From Bdellovibrionales bacterium (GTDB lineage: Bacteria > Bdellovibrionota > Bdellovibrionia > Bdellovibrionales > JAMPXM01): 38,360 bases of DNA. The position numbers were made by a program, and so were the translations under genes. The stretch lies in assembly GCA_031416685.1 (NCBI GenBank), contig JANOUF010000444.1, forward strand, positions 1 through 38,360, given 5' to 3'. The notes beneath the pieces were generated by a model that was given only the letters and a program-made list of their open reading frames with translations, was not told the origin of the DNA and searched no databases. Shown here one piece after another: positions 1 to 8,490 of the stretch (positions are counted from its first letter, which is position 1; each line of letters starts with the position of its first letter).

Positions 1-618
1 GACCTCTTGCGCTTCGCTTACGTAAGTGACTTTCGCAGATGCCTCGTCGAGTGCTTTCTGTGCTTTTGCGATCAACTCTTCAGTTGAAGCCGGATCCTCT
101 TTAATTTCCGAAAGATCTAAAACTGCTTTATAAACATCGACGTCTTCTTTGGCGAAAATTACGTACCGTGCTATCTCGCCGAACTTTCTTAAATAGGAAG
201 AATATGCCGGATCAGAAATAATCGGCGCATGTCCCGCAGCCTCGTGAACGATATCTGGCGCTGGAGTGTAATCGACGTGTTCAAGTTTACGCATGTCACA
301 AGCAATCGGTAAAATGCGAAGAGAAAGCATCTCTAGAAAAGGCGCAGGTGGTATAAATCCTGTGATGACAGCAATTCGCCAGCCGAAGCGTTTTAACTTT
401 TCATCCATCTCATGCATTTTCGGAATGCGATCAATGGTGATTCCAGTTTCTTTAAGTCCGTCGATGTACTTTGCGTGGGCGTGAGTTTTAAAAAAGTCGT
501 AAGAGATGCGCATAATGTAGCGCCAGCTCGCATGATCAATCGCCGTGTATTGTTCGTATTCCTGCTCGGCTATATAGCGACGAAGATGATTAGGTATGTA
601 CTCAGAGTGCGTCGTCAT
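1..618 (-). CDS. Aromatic amino acid hydroxylase (phenylalanine-4-hydroxylase-like), N-terminal part; the C-terminus lies beyond the window edge
   Basis: This ORF is absent from the track because it runs off the window. Reading the minus strand from ATG 618..616 gives MTTHSEYIPNHLRRYIAEQEYEQYTAIDHASWRYIM...GWRIAVITGFIPPAPFLEMLSLRILPIACDMRKLEHVDYTPAPDIVHEAAGHAPIISDP, open to position 1. PDxxHExxGHxP matches the iron-binding His pair of biopterin-dependent hydroxylases. An in-frame GTG at 636..634 is an alternative start. Confidence 0.8.
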   Translation of the reverse strand, partial: MTTHSEYIPNHLRRYIAEQEYEQYTAIDHASWRYIMRISYDFFKTHAHAKYIDGLKETGITIDRIPKMHEMDEKLKRFGWRIAVITGFIPPAPFLEMLSLRILPIACDMRKLEHVDYTPAPDIVHEAAGHAPIISDPAYSSYLRKFGEIARYVIFAKEDVDVYKAVLDLSEIKEDPASTEELIAKAQKALDEASAKVTYVSEAQEV

Positions 619-636
619 AGTCCAATGAACTAACAC

Positions 637-1380
637 TTATTCAGCTGTGCGTCCACCATCAACGATTAGACTATGGCCAACGACGTAGCTCGATTTTTCC
701 GAGCAAAGCCATAAGATAGATTGGGCAATTTCGTCAGGTTTTGCAATGCGTCCGATAGGATAGGACTTGCCAATATCGTCGAGCCCATCCGGAAAAATTC
801 TTTCCATCATCGGCGTTGCTACACCACCTGGACAAACTGCGTTCACGCGAATGCCATTGCGGATTTGCTCAAGCGCGACGGATTTTGTCAGACCGATAAC
901 CGCATGTTTGCCTGCGACGTACAAGCTTGAAGTCGGAATTCCAACCACACCTGCAACAGAAGAAAGATTAACGATGGCGCCAGGCTTTTTGTGTTTGCGA
1001 AAATGTTTTACTTCTTCAGCGACACATTGAAAAAGTGCACGCACGTTAATGTTCATCGCCTCATCAAAATCGTTCATCGTAATTTCTGAAATCTCGGCGA
1101 TACGGCCTTCAGTGCCAGCGTTGTTAATTGCGTAATCGAGTGTTCCGAGTTTAGAAAAAAAGTGCGCGACTTCTTTTTCATTGGTCAGGTCCATCGCCAC
1201 AATTTCTACGTGACCGCCTGCACTTCGAACGTCCTTCGCTGTTTCAGTTAAGTTGTCGCGATTGCGACCAATAAGAATAACGTTGGCCGCTTCCTTGGCA
1301 AAACCAATAGCAACCGCTCGTCCGATTCCGGTGCCGGCTCCTGTAATCAATGCGGTTTTGCCTTTGAATTCGTTCTGCAT
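637..1380 (-). CDS. Short-chain dehydrogenase/reductase (SDR) family oxidoreductase
   Basis: 247 aa ORF. It has the Rossmann motif TGAGTGIGRA (TGxxxGxG), NNAG, and the catalytic Y-x3-K (YVAGK). Confidence 0.9.
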   Translation of the reverse strand: MQNEFKGKTALITGAGTGIGRAVAIGFAKEAANVILIGRNRDNLTETAKDVRSAGGHVEIVAMDLTNEKEVAHFFSKLGTLDYAINNAGTEGRIAEISEITMNDFDEAMNINVRALFQCVAEEVKHFRKHKKPGAIVNLSSVAGVVGIPTSSLYVAGKHAVIGLTKSVALEQIRNGIRVNAVCPGGVATPMMERIFPDGLDDIGKSYPIGRIAKPDEIAQSILWLCSEKSSYVVGHSLIVDGGRTAE

Positions 1381-1410
1381 GGGAATCGCTCGCTTGCTTC
1401 AAGGTTAGAA

Positions 1411-2277
1411 TTAGTAACGGAAAAGCGTGACGAGCTCACTGGCGCTAGTCGCTAGCCAGACCGCGTGGCGACTAAGAAAAGTAAATACAGTTTTGCCGCG
1501 ACATGCTTCATCATTGATGCCGTGGCTTGTGATTCCGGCGAGCACGAGATCCGCGCCGTCTTTTATAAAAATTGGTCCGCCTGAATCGCCTTCGCAGGTT
1601 CCGCGCTCAGTTTGCTCGATCGTAAACTCGTCAGCATGGTAATTCGGATTATCGATACTAAGTTCAGTGCTGCGAAGAATTCCGTTACCAGTGCCTTCAC
1701 TTGGGTCGGAGATTCCGTAACCGGCTGCGATCACCTTCGCCGTAGGCTTGATAAGGTCTGCATCGGTTAGAATTTTCGACGCAACAAATCCTTCAGGTAA
1801 TCCGCCTTCAAATTTTAAAACTGCAATGTCGCTCCAGCTTGAATTGAGATAAGTCACATGATCGGCAACGCTTCTCTCTTCTTGTGGCATAGCGTGAATC
1901 GTTTCAATTTTCGCCCAGCCAGGATGACTAGTTTCATGAACAACTCTGCGGCGACCGACAGGTTCTTTTGCATTTACGCCGAAAAGAATTGTGCGAGAAA
2001 CACCTTTGTCCACTAAACAATGAGCGGCCGTGATTACGAGTGAATCGCTGATGATTGTTCCGGAGCAAATCGTGCCTTCGTTTGCGCCTGGGTATATCGA
2101 ATGAACGGCCACGACTGTTCGGGCCAATTTCTCATTGGGCAAAACATCAGTTCCGCCAAAAATCGCGCTGACATTTACGTGATGCAGTTGCGAAGGAGAA
2201 CGTGCGCAGCCAAGTGCTGCTCCGATCACTAACATCATCAGAATGTAAGCCTTTGGTTTCACTAGTCGATTCCCCAT
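1411..2277 (-). CDS. Exported trypsin-like serine protease (S1 family)
   Basis: 288 aa ORF. N-terminal signal peptide with a possible lipobox (AALGC). The catalytic triad context is TAAHC, DIAVL and GDSGGP. Confidence 0.9.
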   Translation of the reverse strand: MGNRLVKPKAYILMMLVIGAALGCARSPSQLHHVNVSAIFGGTDVLPNEKLARTVVAVHSIYPGANEGTICSGTIISDSLVITAAHCLVDKGVSRTILFGVNAKEPVGRRRVVHETSHPGWAKIETIHAMPQEERSVADHVTYLNSSWSDIAVLKFEGGLPEGFVASKILTDADLIKPTAKVIAAGYGISDPSEGTGNGILRSTELSIDNPNYHADEFTIEQTERGTCEGDSGGPIFIKDGADLVLAGITSHGINDEACRGKTVFTFLSRHAVWLATSASELVTLFRY

Positions 2278-2438
2278 TTACGAAGCGTGGTTTTGCCTGA
2301 ACAAGGGTGAAAAGGAAAGCGGGGAGTTGGGTGTCAGCCCCCAGTGCCTCTATATTTCGCGCCATTTGAAGTGATTACCAGGCCTTACAGTTGACCGGCG
2401 GCCCGGAAACGGCTGTGATGGCCAGGTTTGGAGGGGCC

Positions 2439-2975
2439 ATGAATCGCACGTTTATTCTGTTTCTGTTCTCGATCCTCAGTTTTTCAGTTTCTGCACATGC
2501 AGATTTAAAACGTTTTATTCACGTCGCCGAGGGCATCTATCGCTCTGATCAGCCAGATACCAAAGAAGACTATGAGAGACTCAAATCGCTCGGAATTAAA
2601 ACGATCATCAACCTCCGTCACGAAACCGTTTGGCAGGAAAAAGAGCGAAAGATCGCAGCCGAAATGGGCTTTGAGTATCTTTCGTTTCCGATGAAACCTT
2701 GGGAGTATCCAACTCAAAAGTACGTTCAAGAAATTCTGGGCCATCTCACGAACGCAAAGAACCAACCGATTCACGTTCATTGCCAAGCTGGCAAAGATCG
2801 CACGGGAATGATTGTCGGACTTTACCGAGTAAAATACGAAGGCTGGAGCGCAAGCGCTGCTTATGCGGAAATGCGCGCACTCAACTTCGATCCGCGCATG
2901 GTGCCCCTATGGATGTATTTTATGAAACACGCGGCAGCGCTGGAAAATCCAACGATTGCTGCGAGCGTTGACTAA
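2439..2975 (+). CDS. Exported protein-tyrosine / dual-specificity phosphatase (CX5R type)
   Basis: P-loop HCQAGKDRTG (HCx5R-T). The signal peptide is MNRTFILFLFSILSFSVSAHA. I prefer ATG 2439 because GGAGG lies 4 nt upstream; the track ORF starts at TTG 2391. Confidence 0.8.
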   Translation: MNRTFILFLFSILSFSVSAHADLKRFIHVAEGIYRSDQPDTKEDYERLKSLGIKTIINLRHETVWQEKERKIAAEMGFEYLSFPMKPWEYPTQKYVQEILGHLTNAKNQPIHVHCQAGKDRTGMIVGLYRVKYEGWSASAAYAEMRALNFDPRMVPLWMYFMKHAAALENPTIAASVD

Positions 2976-4846
2976 AGCGTAGGTGAGATGTCGTCGCCTT
3001 GAGCTTTGCCGACGACAAAGTTTCCGCCGCGATCAACCTCTGTAATACGAATTCGCGCAACAAGTGACTCGAGTTGTTTTTGGTCCAACGTTTCTTTTTC
3101 CAAGAGAAGATTTGCGCCTTCCTCGAGAAGCAAACGATTTTGTCCGATAATACTCACAGCACGATCGAGTTGATCTTCGACTAGGTTCTTAACCGACACG
3201 TCAAGCTCACGAGCGGTTTCGTCGCTGTACTTTCGCTTCATGAAGCTGCCTTCGTTTGGTCCCAAAAACCCAGGCTGATCGAAGTCGTAAGTGGTCGAGC
3301 CAAGTAGCTTGTCCATCCCGTAGCGGGCTACCATGCTGCGAGCAATGTCGGTCGCTTTTACTAAATCATCAGCCGCCCCAGTGGAAAGATGATTGAAAGT
3401 GACCAGCTCTGCTGCGCGACCGCCGAGCAGAACAGCCATGCGATTTTTGAGTTCATCTTCGGTCATCAAGAAACGATCGCCTGTGGGTCGTTGCAATGTA
3501 TAGCCAAGGGCGCCCACGCCTCTAGGAATAATTGAAATCTTGTGAACCGGGTCGCAACCTGGAAGTGCACTTGCGATAAAGGCGTGACCCATCTCGTGGT
3601 AGGCGACAATTTTTCTTTCGCGCGGGTTGAGGAGACGATTTCTGCGCTCAAGGCCAGCGATAAGTCTTTCGAACGCCAGAGTGTAATCGCTGAGGGCAAC
3701 TTTCAGAGCGTTTCTTCTAGTTGCTACGATGGCCGCTTCATTTACTAAGTTTGCAAGGTCAGCGCCCGTGAAGCCGGGCGTGAGATCTGCGACTTGCTCG
3801 AGATCTAAATTTTCTTCCATCTGAATTTTTTTGCTGTGTACTTTTAAAATGTCGACACGGCCGCGTTTATCAGGACGATCAACCAAAACTTGTCGATCAA
3901 AACGGCCAGCGCGGAGAAGTGCAGGATCCAAAATCTCAGGGCGGTTCGTTGCACCGATAAGTACGACACCCGAACTTGCATCGAAGCCATCCATCTCAAC
4001 TAGCAACTGATTGAGTGTTTGTTCCTTCTCGTCGTGCGAGGCCATCGGGTTGTTGCGCGCTTTTCCGAGAGCATCGAGTTCGTCGATAAAGATAATGCAC
4101 GGAGCTTTTGCGCGTCCTTGTTCGAACAAATCACGAACTCGGGCGGCGCCAAGGCCGACAAACATTTCCACAAATTCAGAACCGCTAATTGAGAAAAACG
4201 GAACGCCAGCTTCACCTGCAACGGCTTTAGCCAACAATGTTTTACCTGTACCCGGAGGGCCAACAAGCAAGACCCCTTTCGGAGTGCGAGCACCGAGCCG
4301 ACCGTAGTCTTTCGGATTCTTCAAAAACCCAACGATTTCTTTAAGCTCTTCCTTTCCTTCATCGACTCCGGCAACATCATTGAAAGTCGTTTTCGTATCT
4401 TGCTCGACATAGATCTTTGCTTTGCTCTTACCGATCGACATGAAGCCGCCACCCATGCGTTGTTGCATGCGGCGAATGAAGATGGCCCAAATCCCGAAGA
4501 AGATGAGGGCCGGAATGATCCATGACATGACGCTTGAGAGAATATTGCTTTCAATGATCCGACTGAACTTGACGTCACTTTGTGCGAGCACTTGGGCAAG
4601 ATCATCTTCCATTCGCGCAGTCATGAATTCGGCAGGTTGATCTTTCGCGACAGTTTTGAATTTTCCGCGAATGTGGTTGTCTGAGACAACAACCTCAGAA
4701 ACTTCGCCAGTTTTTAAACGGGTCAAAAACTCGCTGTAAGGGATATGCGAAATCTGGGTCATAGAGACCCAAAGACTTTGCGCAAGCATGATTCCCCAAA
4801 CAGCAAAGATGATATAGACGGCGTTGAACCCGTGCTTCTTATTCAT
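2972..4846 (-). CDS. ftsH: ATP-dependent zinc metalloprotease FtsH
   Basis: 624 aa ORF with two N-terminal TM segments. Motifs present: Walker A GPPGTGKT, Walker B IIFIDELD, second region of homology [19 protein letters not shown], and zinc site HEMGHA. Confidence 0.97.
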   Translation of the reverse strand: MNKKHGFNAVYIIFAVWGIMLAQSLWVSMTQISHIPYSEFLTRLKTGEVSEVVVSDNHIRGKFKTVAKDQPAEFMTARMEDDLAQVLAQSDVKFSRIIESNILSSVMSWIIPALIFFGIWAIFIRRMQQRMGGGFMSIGKSKAKIYVEQDTKTTFNDVAGVDEGKEELKEIVGFLKNPKDYGRLGARTPKGVLLVGPPGTGKTLLAKAVAGEAGVPFFSISGSEFVEMFVGLGAARVRDLFEQGRAKAPCIIFIDELDALGKARNNPMASHDEKEQTLNQLLVEMDGFDASSGVVLIGATNRPEILDPALLRAGRFDRQVLVDRPDKRGRVDILKVHSKKIQMEENLDLEQVADLTPGFTGADLANLVNEAAIVATRRNALKVALSDYTLAFERLIAGLERRNRLLNPRERKIVAYHEMGHAFIASALPGCDPVHKISIIPRGVGALGYTLQRPTGDRFLMTEDELKNRMAVLLGGRAAELVTFNHLSTGAADDLVKATDIARSMVARYGMDKLLGSTTYDFDQPGFLGPNEGSFMKRKYSDETARELDVSVKNLVEDQLDRAVSIIGQNRLLLEEGANLLLEKETLDQKQLESLVARIRITEVDRGGNFVVGKAQGDDISPTL

Positions 4847-5093
4847 TCCTCGAAGCTACCCTTTGCGCCTCACGCAATATCGTTGATTGCATGATCTTGT
4901 TGTAAAATCACAATCACACTCGACCACCCTAATCAGACACACATCCACAAGCACTGGCTTGCCGCTGAACGGCTCTTGTTTAGCGTTTCGACACCTATGA
5001 ACTACCTACAAGCATCCAGTTCGCGATTACCGCGGCATCGTTCATGCTGTTCTCATGCTTCGAAAGTAAACCTATTGGTTTGGAGCTCAATCG

Positions 5094-7328
5094 ATGAAGC
5101 CATCTTATTTTTCAAAGTTTTTAAGCGCGTTCCTGGCTTTAGTACTTTTGGTGCCTGCGTTTCCTACGCACGCTGGGCCACCTACCGAATCCATTCCAGC
5201 ATGGGAATATAACCCGGGCCCAGATCCATCGACTGAAATGGGTCGCAAGCTTATTGATTGGTATGCGGAACTTCCTGAATTTAAAGCGTTCGCGGATGAA
5301 ACGATGGATAAACAGAAGTTTCGTTTCATTTACGGAACGATGGCGTTTCGTACCCGTCTTGAACCGAACAGTGTGAAGGTTGCGTTTTGGGGACAGGACG
5401 GAACTCACGTAGCGGAATTCGCAAAACACACTGCAACTGCTGGATTCGGTGGTCGCGCGCAAGACTTCGCAAACTATTTTGGTGTTGATAAGAGTGCAGG
5501 ATTTTCCAATGCCTATCTTTCAACTATATATGGTCAGTACGGCGCTTTCACGCACCCCATGGTTGAGACCGATGCCAACGGAATTCCGAAAATCAAATTC
5601 AATAGTTATGTCGAAGCGCAACTCTGGGCGATGTCGAACGATCCACTCAGTGCCAATACTCTAAGCCGTAATGCTTACATTGAATGGACGATTAAGAACA
5701 ATCCTGAATCACTTCGTCTACTCGTACTTTTCGGAGGAGCTGCTCGTGATGCGATGGCTGAGTTCCTAATTAGCCGAGGCGCACAAGTCGGAACTCGCTT
5801 GAATCCAGAGAAATTAAAGAGCATGCGTGTACCACAAACGAAAGCAGTGAGTGGTGGCGGTAACAATGAATTCGTAGTTCCAGTCGATAAAAACGGGAAT
5901 GATATTTACCTAGAACTTTTCAAAGAAGATAAAGAGTTAAAAGACCTTTATAAAGCGGAGCTTATCGCCCAGCTTGAGGTTGAGAAGAAGAAAGCGGCAA
6001 CTCCAGGTCGCGATGCTGAACTTCATAAGTACGCAGTTCGCGATATCGAAGCTGCAATTCAAGCGTTTGAACGAAACGGCGAAGTGAAACTTGATTACAA
6101 AGTCGAAGCAATGCAAAAGATCGCGCAAAAAGCGCTGAGCCTACGCGAAACGAAAGCCATGAAGATGATGGTCTTCTCGAATGGCGGCATCGACGGAAGT
6201 GGTATCATCAACCCAGCTCAGGTGGGCGGGTATGATCTCAATAAAATTACGATCAACGGTGAAGTCACGCGTAACCTACGTGGACTTAAATTATCCGATG
6301 GAACAGTGATTGAACGCGATATCCTAGTAACGGAAATGCCACATCCAAGTGCGCTTAGCCGTCTCACTCCGATGGATGCTGCAAAACGTGTGGGTGAGTC
6401 CCTCCGCGTACTTTTGCCTTATCAGAAAAAAGGTTGGATGGTTGAGCCCGACGCTGGTTGGACAAACAAATGGCATCAAGGCGAACCGTATCGCTATGGC
6501 CGCGCAGAAATCCGCCCAGGATTTTATGAGTTTGGTACTCCAGGAATCCGCATGGTTTCTGTATCAAGCGCATCACGCATGAGCGGAAAACCTCACGTGA
6601 TCGTTTCTGGTACTCGCGACAGAGTTCGCTTTAACGATAAGGCAATCGACGAAGCTACAAGAGCAAAGCCATCGCAAATGCCAGACCCGCGTGAACTTTG
6701 GACGGCTCGTCCTCGTTTACCTGAGTCTCGTTACATTTTCGATCGTGGCCCAGGCGAAAAAGTTGCTCAAGCGCTAAAGGGCGCCTTGAACCTCAAGGAA
6801 ATTTTTGAGACGAAGCCAGGAAAGAATTTTAAAACGGATGGTATTGATGCATTCAACGTGAAAACCGCGCCTGAAGTTTTAGATTTCGGTCATCACCGTG
6901 GTAGTTTTGAAAATTCAAAAGCAATTATCGTTGCCGATCCACATGGCGTTGACGATCTCTTCACATCGCGCGCATTAACGGGTGCTCGTGGACAGTACCT
7001 CAACGGACTTATGCACGATATCGGGATCAACGAGAGCTATCTTGTGATCAAGACTGTTCCTTTCGGCATGGACGGTGCAACAGCACTTGAGTGGAAAGCG
7101 ACTCTTAGCAAGACCGAAAAATATCGCGAACTCGCTGTTCAGCTTGCAATGGAAAAAGGAACTGTTGAGTATATTTTTGCCGACGGCGAGAACGCAGCAA
7201 AAGAAGTCGAACGGATCACTCAAAAGCTTGGCTTAAAGAATGTAAAGATCGTAAACATTCAACGTGACGGTATGGATGCAGCGAGCGGAATTAAAGAAGC
7301 TGGCGCTGAATTGCAAAAATTAAATTAG
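5094..7328 (+). CDS. Exported cysteine-free protein with two degenerate uracil-DNA-glycosylase-superfamily-like modules (function unknown)
   Basis: 744 aa ORF with GGAG 9 nt upstream. Signal peptide MKPSYFSKFLSAFLALVLLVPAFPTHA. Two segments align by eye to the UDG family 4/5 core: VAFWGQDGTHVAE..GFGGRAQDF..AYLSTIYG..LVLFGGAARDA..MPHPSALSRL, and IIVADPHGVDDLFTSRALTGARGQYLNGLMHDIGINESYLVIKTVPF. The ORF ends at TAG 7326..7328. Confidence 0.6.
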   Translation: MKPSYFSKFLSAFLALVLLVPAFPTHAGPPTESIPAWEYNPGPDPSTEMGRKLIDWYAELPEFKAFADETMDKQKFRFIYGTMAFRTRLEPNSVKVAFWGQDGTHVAEFAKHTATAGFGGRAQDFANYFGVDKSAGFSNAYLSTIYGQYGAFTHPMVETDANGIPKIKFNSYVEAQLWAMSNDPLSANTLSRNAYIEWTIKNNPESLRLLVLFGGAARDAMAEFLISRGAQVGTRLNPEKLKSMRVPQTKAVSGGGNNEFVVPVDKNGNDIYLELFKEDKELKDLYKAELIAQLEVEKKKAATPGRDAELHKYAVRDIEAAIQAFERNGEVKLDYKVEAMQKIAQKALSLRETKAMKMMVFSNGGIDGSGIINPAQVGGYDLNKITINGEVTRNLRGLKLSDGTVIERDILVTEMPHPSALSRLTPMDAAKRVGESLRVLLPYQKKGWMVEPDAGWTNKWHQGEPYRYGRAEIRPGFYEFGTPGIRMVSVSSASRMSGKPHVIVSGTRDRVRFNDKAIDEATRAKPSQMPDPRELWTARPRLPESRYIFDRGPGEKVAQALKGALNLKEIFETKPGKNFKTDGIDAFNVKTAPEVLDFGHHRGSFENSKAIIVADPHGVDDLFTSRALTGARGQYLNGLMHDIGINESYLVIKTVPFGMDGATALEWKATLSKTEKYRELAVQLAMEKGTVEYIFADGENAAKEVERITQKLGLKNVKIVNIQRDGMDAASGIKEAGAELQKLN

Positions 7329-7355
7329 TTCAAGGGCAAGAAGATCACGGCAAAG

Positions 7356-7844
7356 ATGCGTGATATTCCTCGCTCGCACCTCACTTGGTTTTCTCGTATC
7401 TGGGAAGGTACTGGCGGCGACCGCGTATTGGATGCAGTCGATAAGAACCGTGGATCTGCTTTTGCGTCCGTTGTTCCAGAGTGGGTTGTTCGTCAAAAGG
7501 TAACGCCGTCTCAGTGGGTGCAGCGCTCAATTGATAATCTCCGCACGAAGTTGACCGAGTCAGGCATGCGTACCGCAAGAGAATCAATGGCCGAATACGT
7601 CGGCCGTACGGGTCTCCTTGGAACGAAATTAATCGAGCTTCTCGCAGACGTCGCAAAAACGAACGGCAAGGTCGTTGATCTTGCAGCTAAGCGTGCGGCA
7701 AAAGACGCTGTGACCAACAACGTATCGGTTAAAGTGACTGATAAAGTAACTAAGCCAGTATCGGTACCAGTTTCCTCTAAAGTGGCGGACATAGTCCCGG
7801 CTCGTCGTCCTGCACCAGTAGGTAGCTGTAGCGCAAACTTCTGA
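7356..7844 (+). CDS. ORF in the same frame as 5094..7328; probably the C-terminal continuation of that protein (split gene, pseudogene or readthrough) rather than an independent gene
   Basis: Same reading frame as 5094..7328, separated by one TAG and 9 sense codons. There is no GGAG/AGGA-type ribosome-binding site within 15 nt of ATG 7356. DIPRSHLTWF sits where the second UDG-like module would need its C-terminal HP(S/A)xL-type motif. The tail is a V/K/T/S-rich low-complexity region. Confidence 0.45.
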   Translation: MRDIPRSHLTWFSRIWEGTGGDRVLDAVDKNRGSAFASVVPEWVVRQKVTPSQWVQRSIDNLRTKLTESGMRTARESMAEYVGRTGLLGTKLIELLADVAKTNGKVVDLAAKRAAKDAVTNNVSVKVTDKVTKPVSVPVSSKVADIVPARRPAPVGSCSANF

Positions 7845-7851
7845 TTGTGTT

Positions 7852-7869
7852 AGCCCGCCTCGGCGGGTT
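7852..7869 (+). terminator. Short GC hairpin after ORF 7356..7844
   Basis: In agcccgcctcggcgggtt, cccg pairs with cggg plus flanking pairs. It is followed by ttatcacattt. The stem is short and the T-tract is weak. Confidence 0.35.
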
Positions 7870-7880
7870 ATCACATTTGA

Positions 7881-8477
7881 ATGTTTCATTTCTTCGCCTA
7901 TTTATCCCGAATGAAATTAATCGACCGCTGGAGCCTCATGAGATGCCTCCAGCGTGAAAACGTGCAAGAACACAGCTTGCAAGTTGCAGTCGTTGCACAC
8001 GCGCTAGCGCTCATTAAAAATAAAAAATTTGGCGGCAAGGTACAGCCCGAGCGGGTAGCCCTCTACGCTATTTTTCACGACGCTACCGAAGTTTTAACCG
8101 GTGATATGCCGACGCCTGTAAAATACTTCAACCCCGAAATTAGAGAAGCTTATAAGGCGATCGAAGGGCATGCAGTGAAGCAACTAGTAAAGTTGCTACC
8201 GCTTGAGTTCCAGCCTGATTACAAAGAGCTTTTGAGTCCGAGTGCAGACGAAGCTGAGATTCAACAACTCATCAAATCGGCCGACACCCTTTGCGCTTAC
8301 ATTAAGTGCCTTGAAGAAAAAGCTGCAGGTAATAACGAGTTTAGTAAAGCTGAGCGAACGATTTTGCTAAAAATTGAGACTCTTCGAGTGAAACCTGAAG
8401 TGCAATACTTCCTCGAAAACTTCGTTCCAAGCTTTACGCTGACTCTCGATGAGTTGAGTCAGCCGCTGCAATTCTAA
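7881..8477 (+). CDS. yfbR: HD-domain 5'-deoxynucleotidase YfbR
   Basis: 198 aa ORF, collinear with E. coli YfbR as I recall it. Shared segments: FFAYLSRMKLIDRWSLMR, ENVQEHSLQVAVVAHALALIKNKKFGG, FHDATEVLTGDMPTPVKYFN, ADTLCAYIKCLEEKAAGNNEF, FVPSFTLTLDE. Confidence 0.93.
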   Translation: MFHFFAYLSRMKLIDRWSLMRCLQRENVQEHSLQVAVVAHALALIKNKKFGGKVQPERVALYAIFHDATEVLTGDMPTPVKYFNPEIREAYKAIEGHAVKQLVKLLPLEFQPDYKELLSPSADEAEIQQLIKSADTLCAYIKCLEEKAAGNNEFSKAERTILLKIETLRVKPEVQYFLENFVPSFTLTLDELSQPLQF

Positions 8478-8490
8478 GGAGCTGTAGGAA

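Noticed and set aside
293-633. Plus-strand ORFs 293..484 and 412..633
   Set aside because: They lie entirely opposite the well-supported minus-strand hydroxylase coding frame (1..618). They have no ribosome-binding site and no recognisable motifs, so they are shadow ORFs.
634-639. The SDR and hydroxylase genes are in the same frame, separated only by TAA, which could suggest readthrough or fusion
   Set aside because: Both proteins are complete, independent domains with normal termini. Sharing a frame has a one-in-three chance. Nothing suggests recoding.
2391-2438. N-terminal extensions in the track ORFs (2391..2438, 14681..14731, 22901..23041, 33073..33234)
   Set aside because: The extensions overlap neighbouring genes or precede a good ribosome-binding site plus ATG, followed by a typical family N-terminus or signal peptide. 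I used the internal starts instead.
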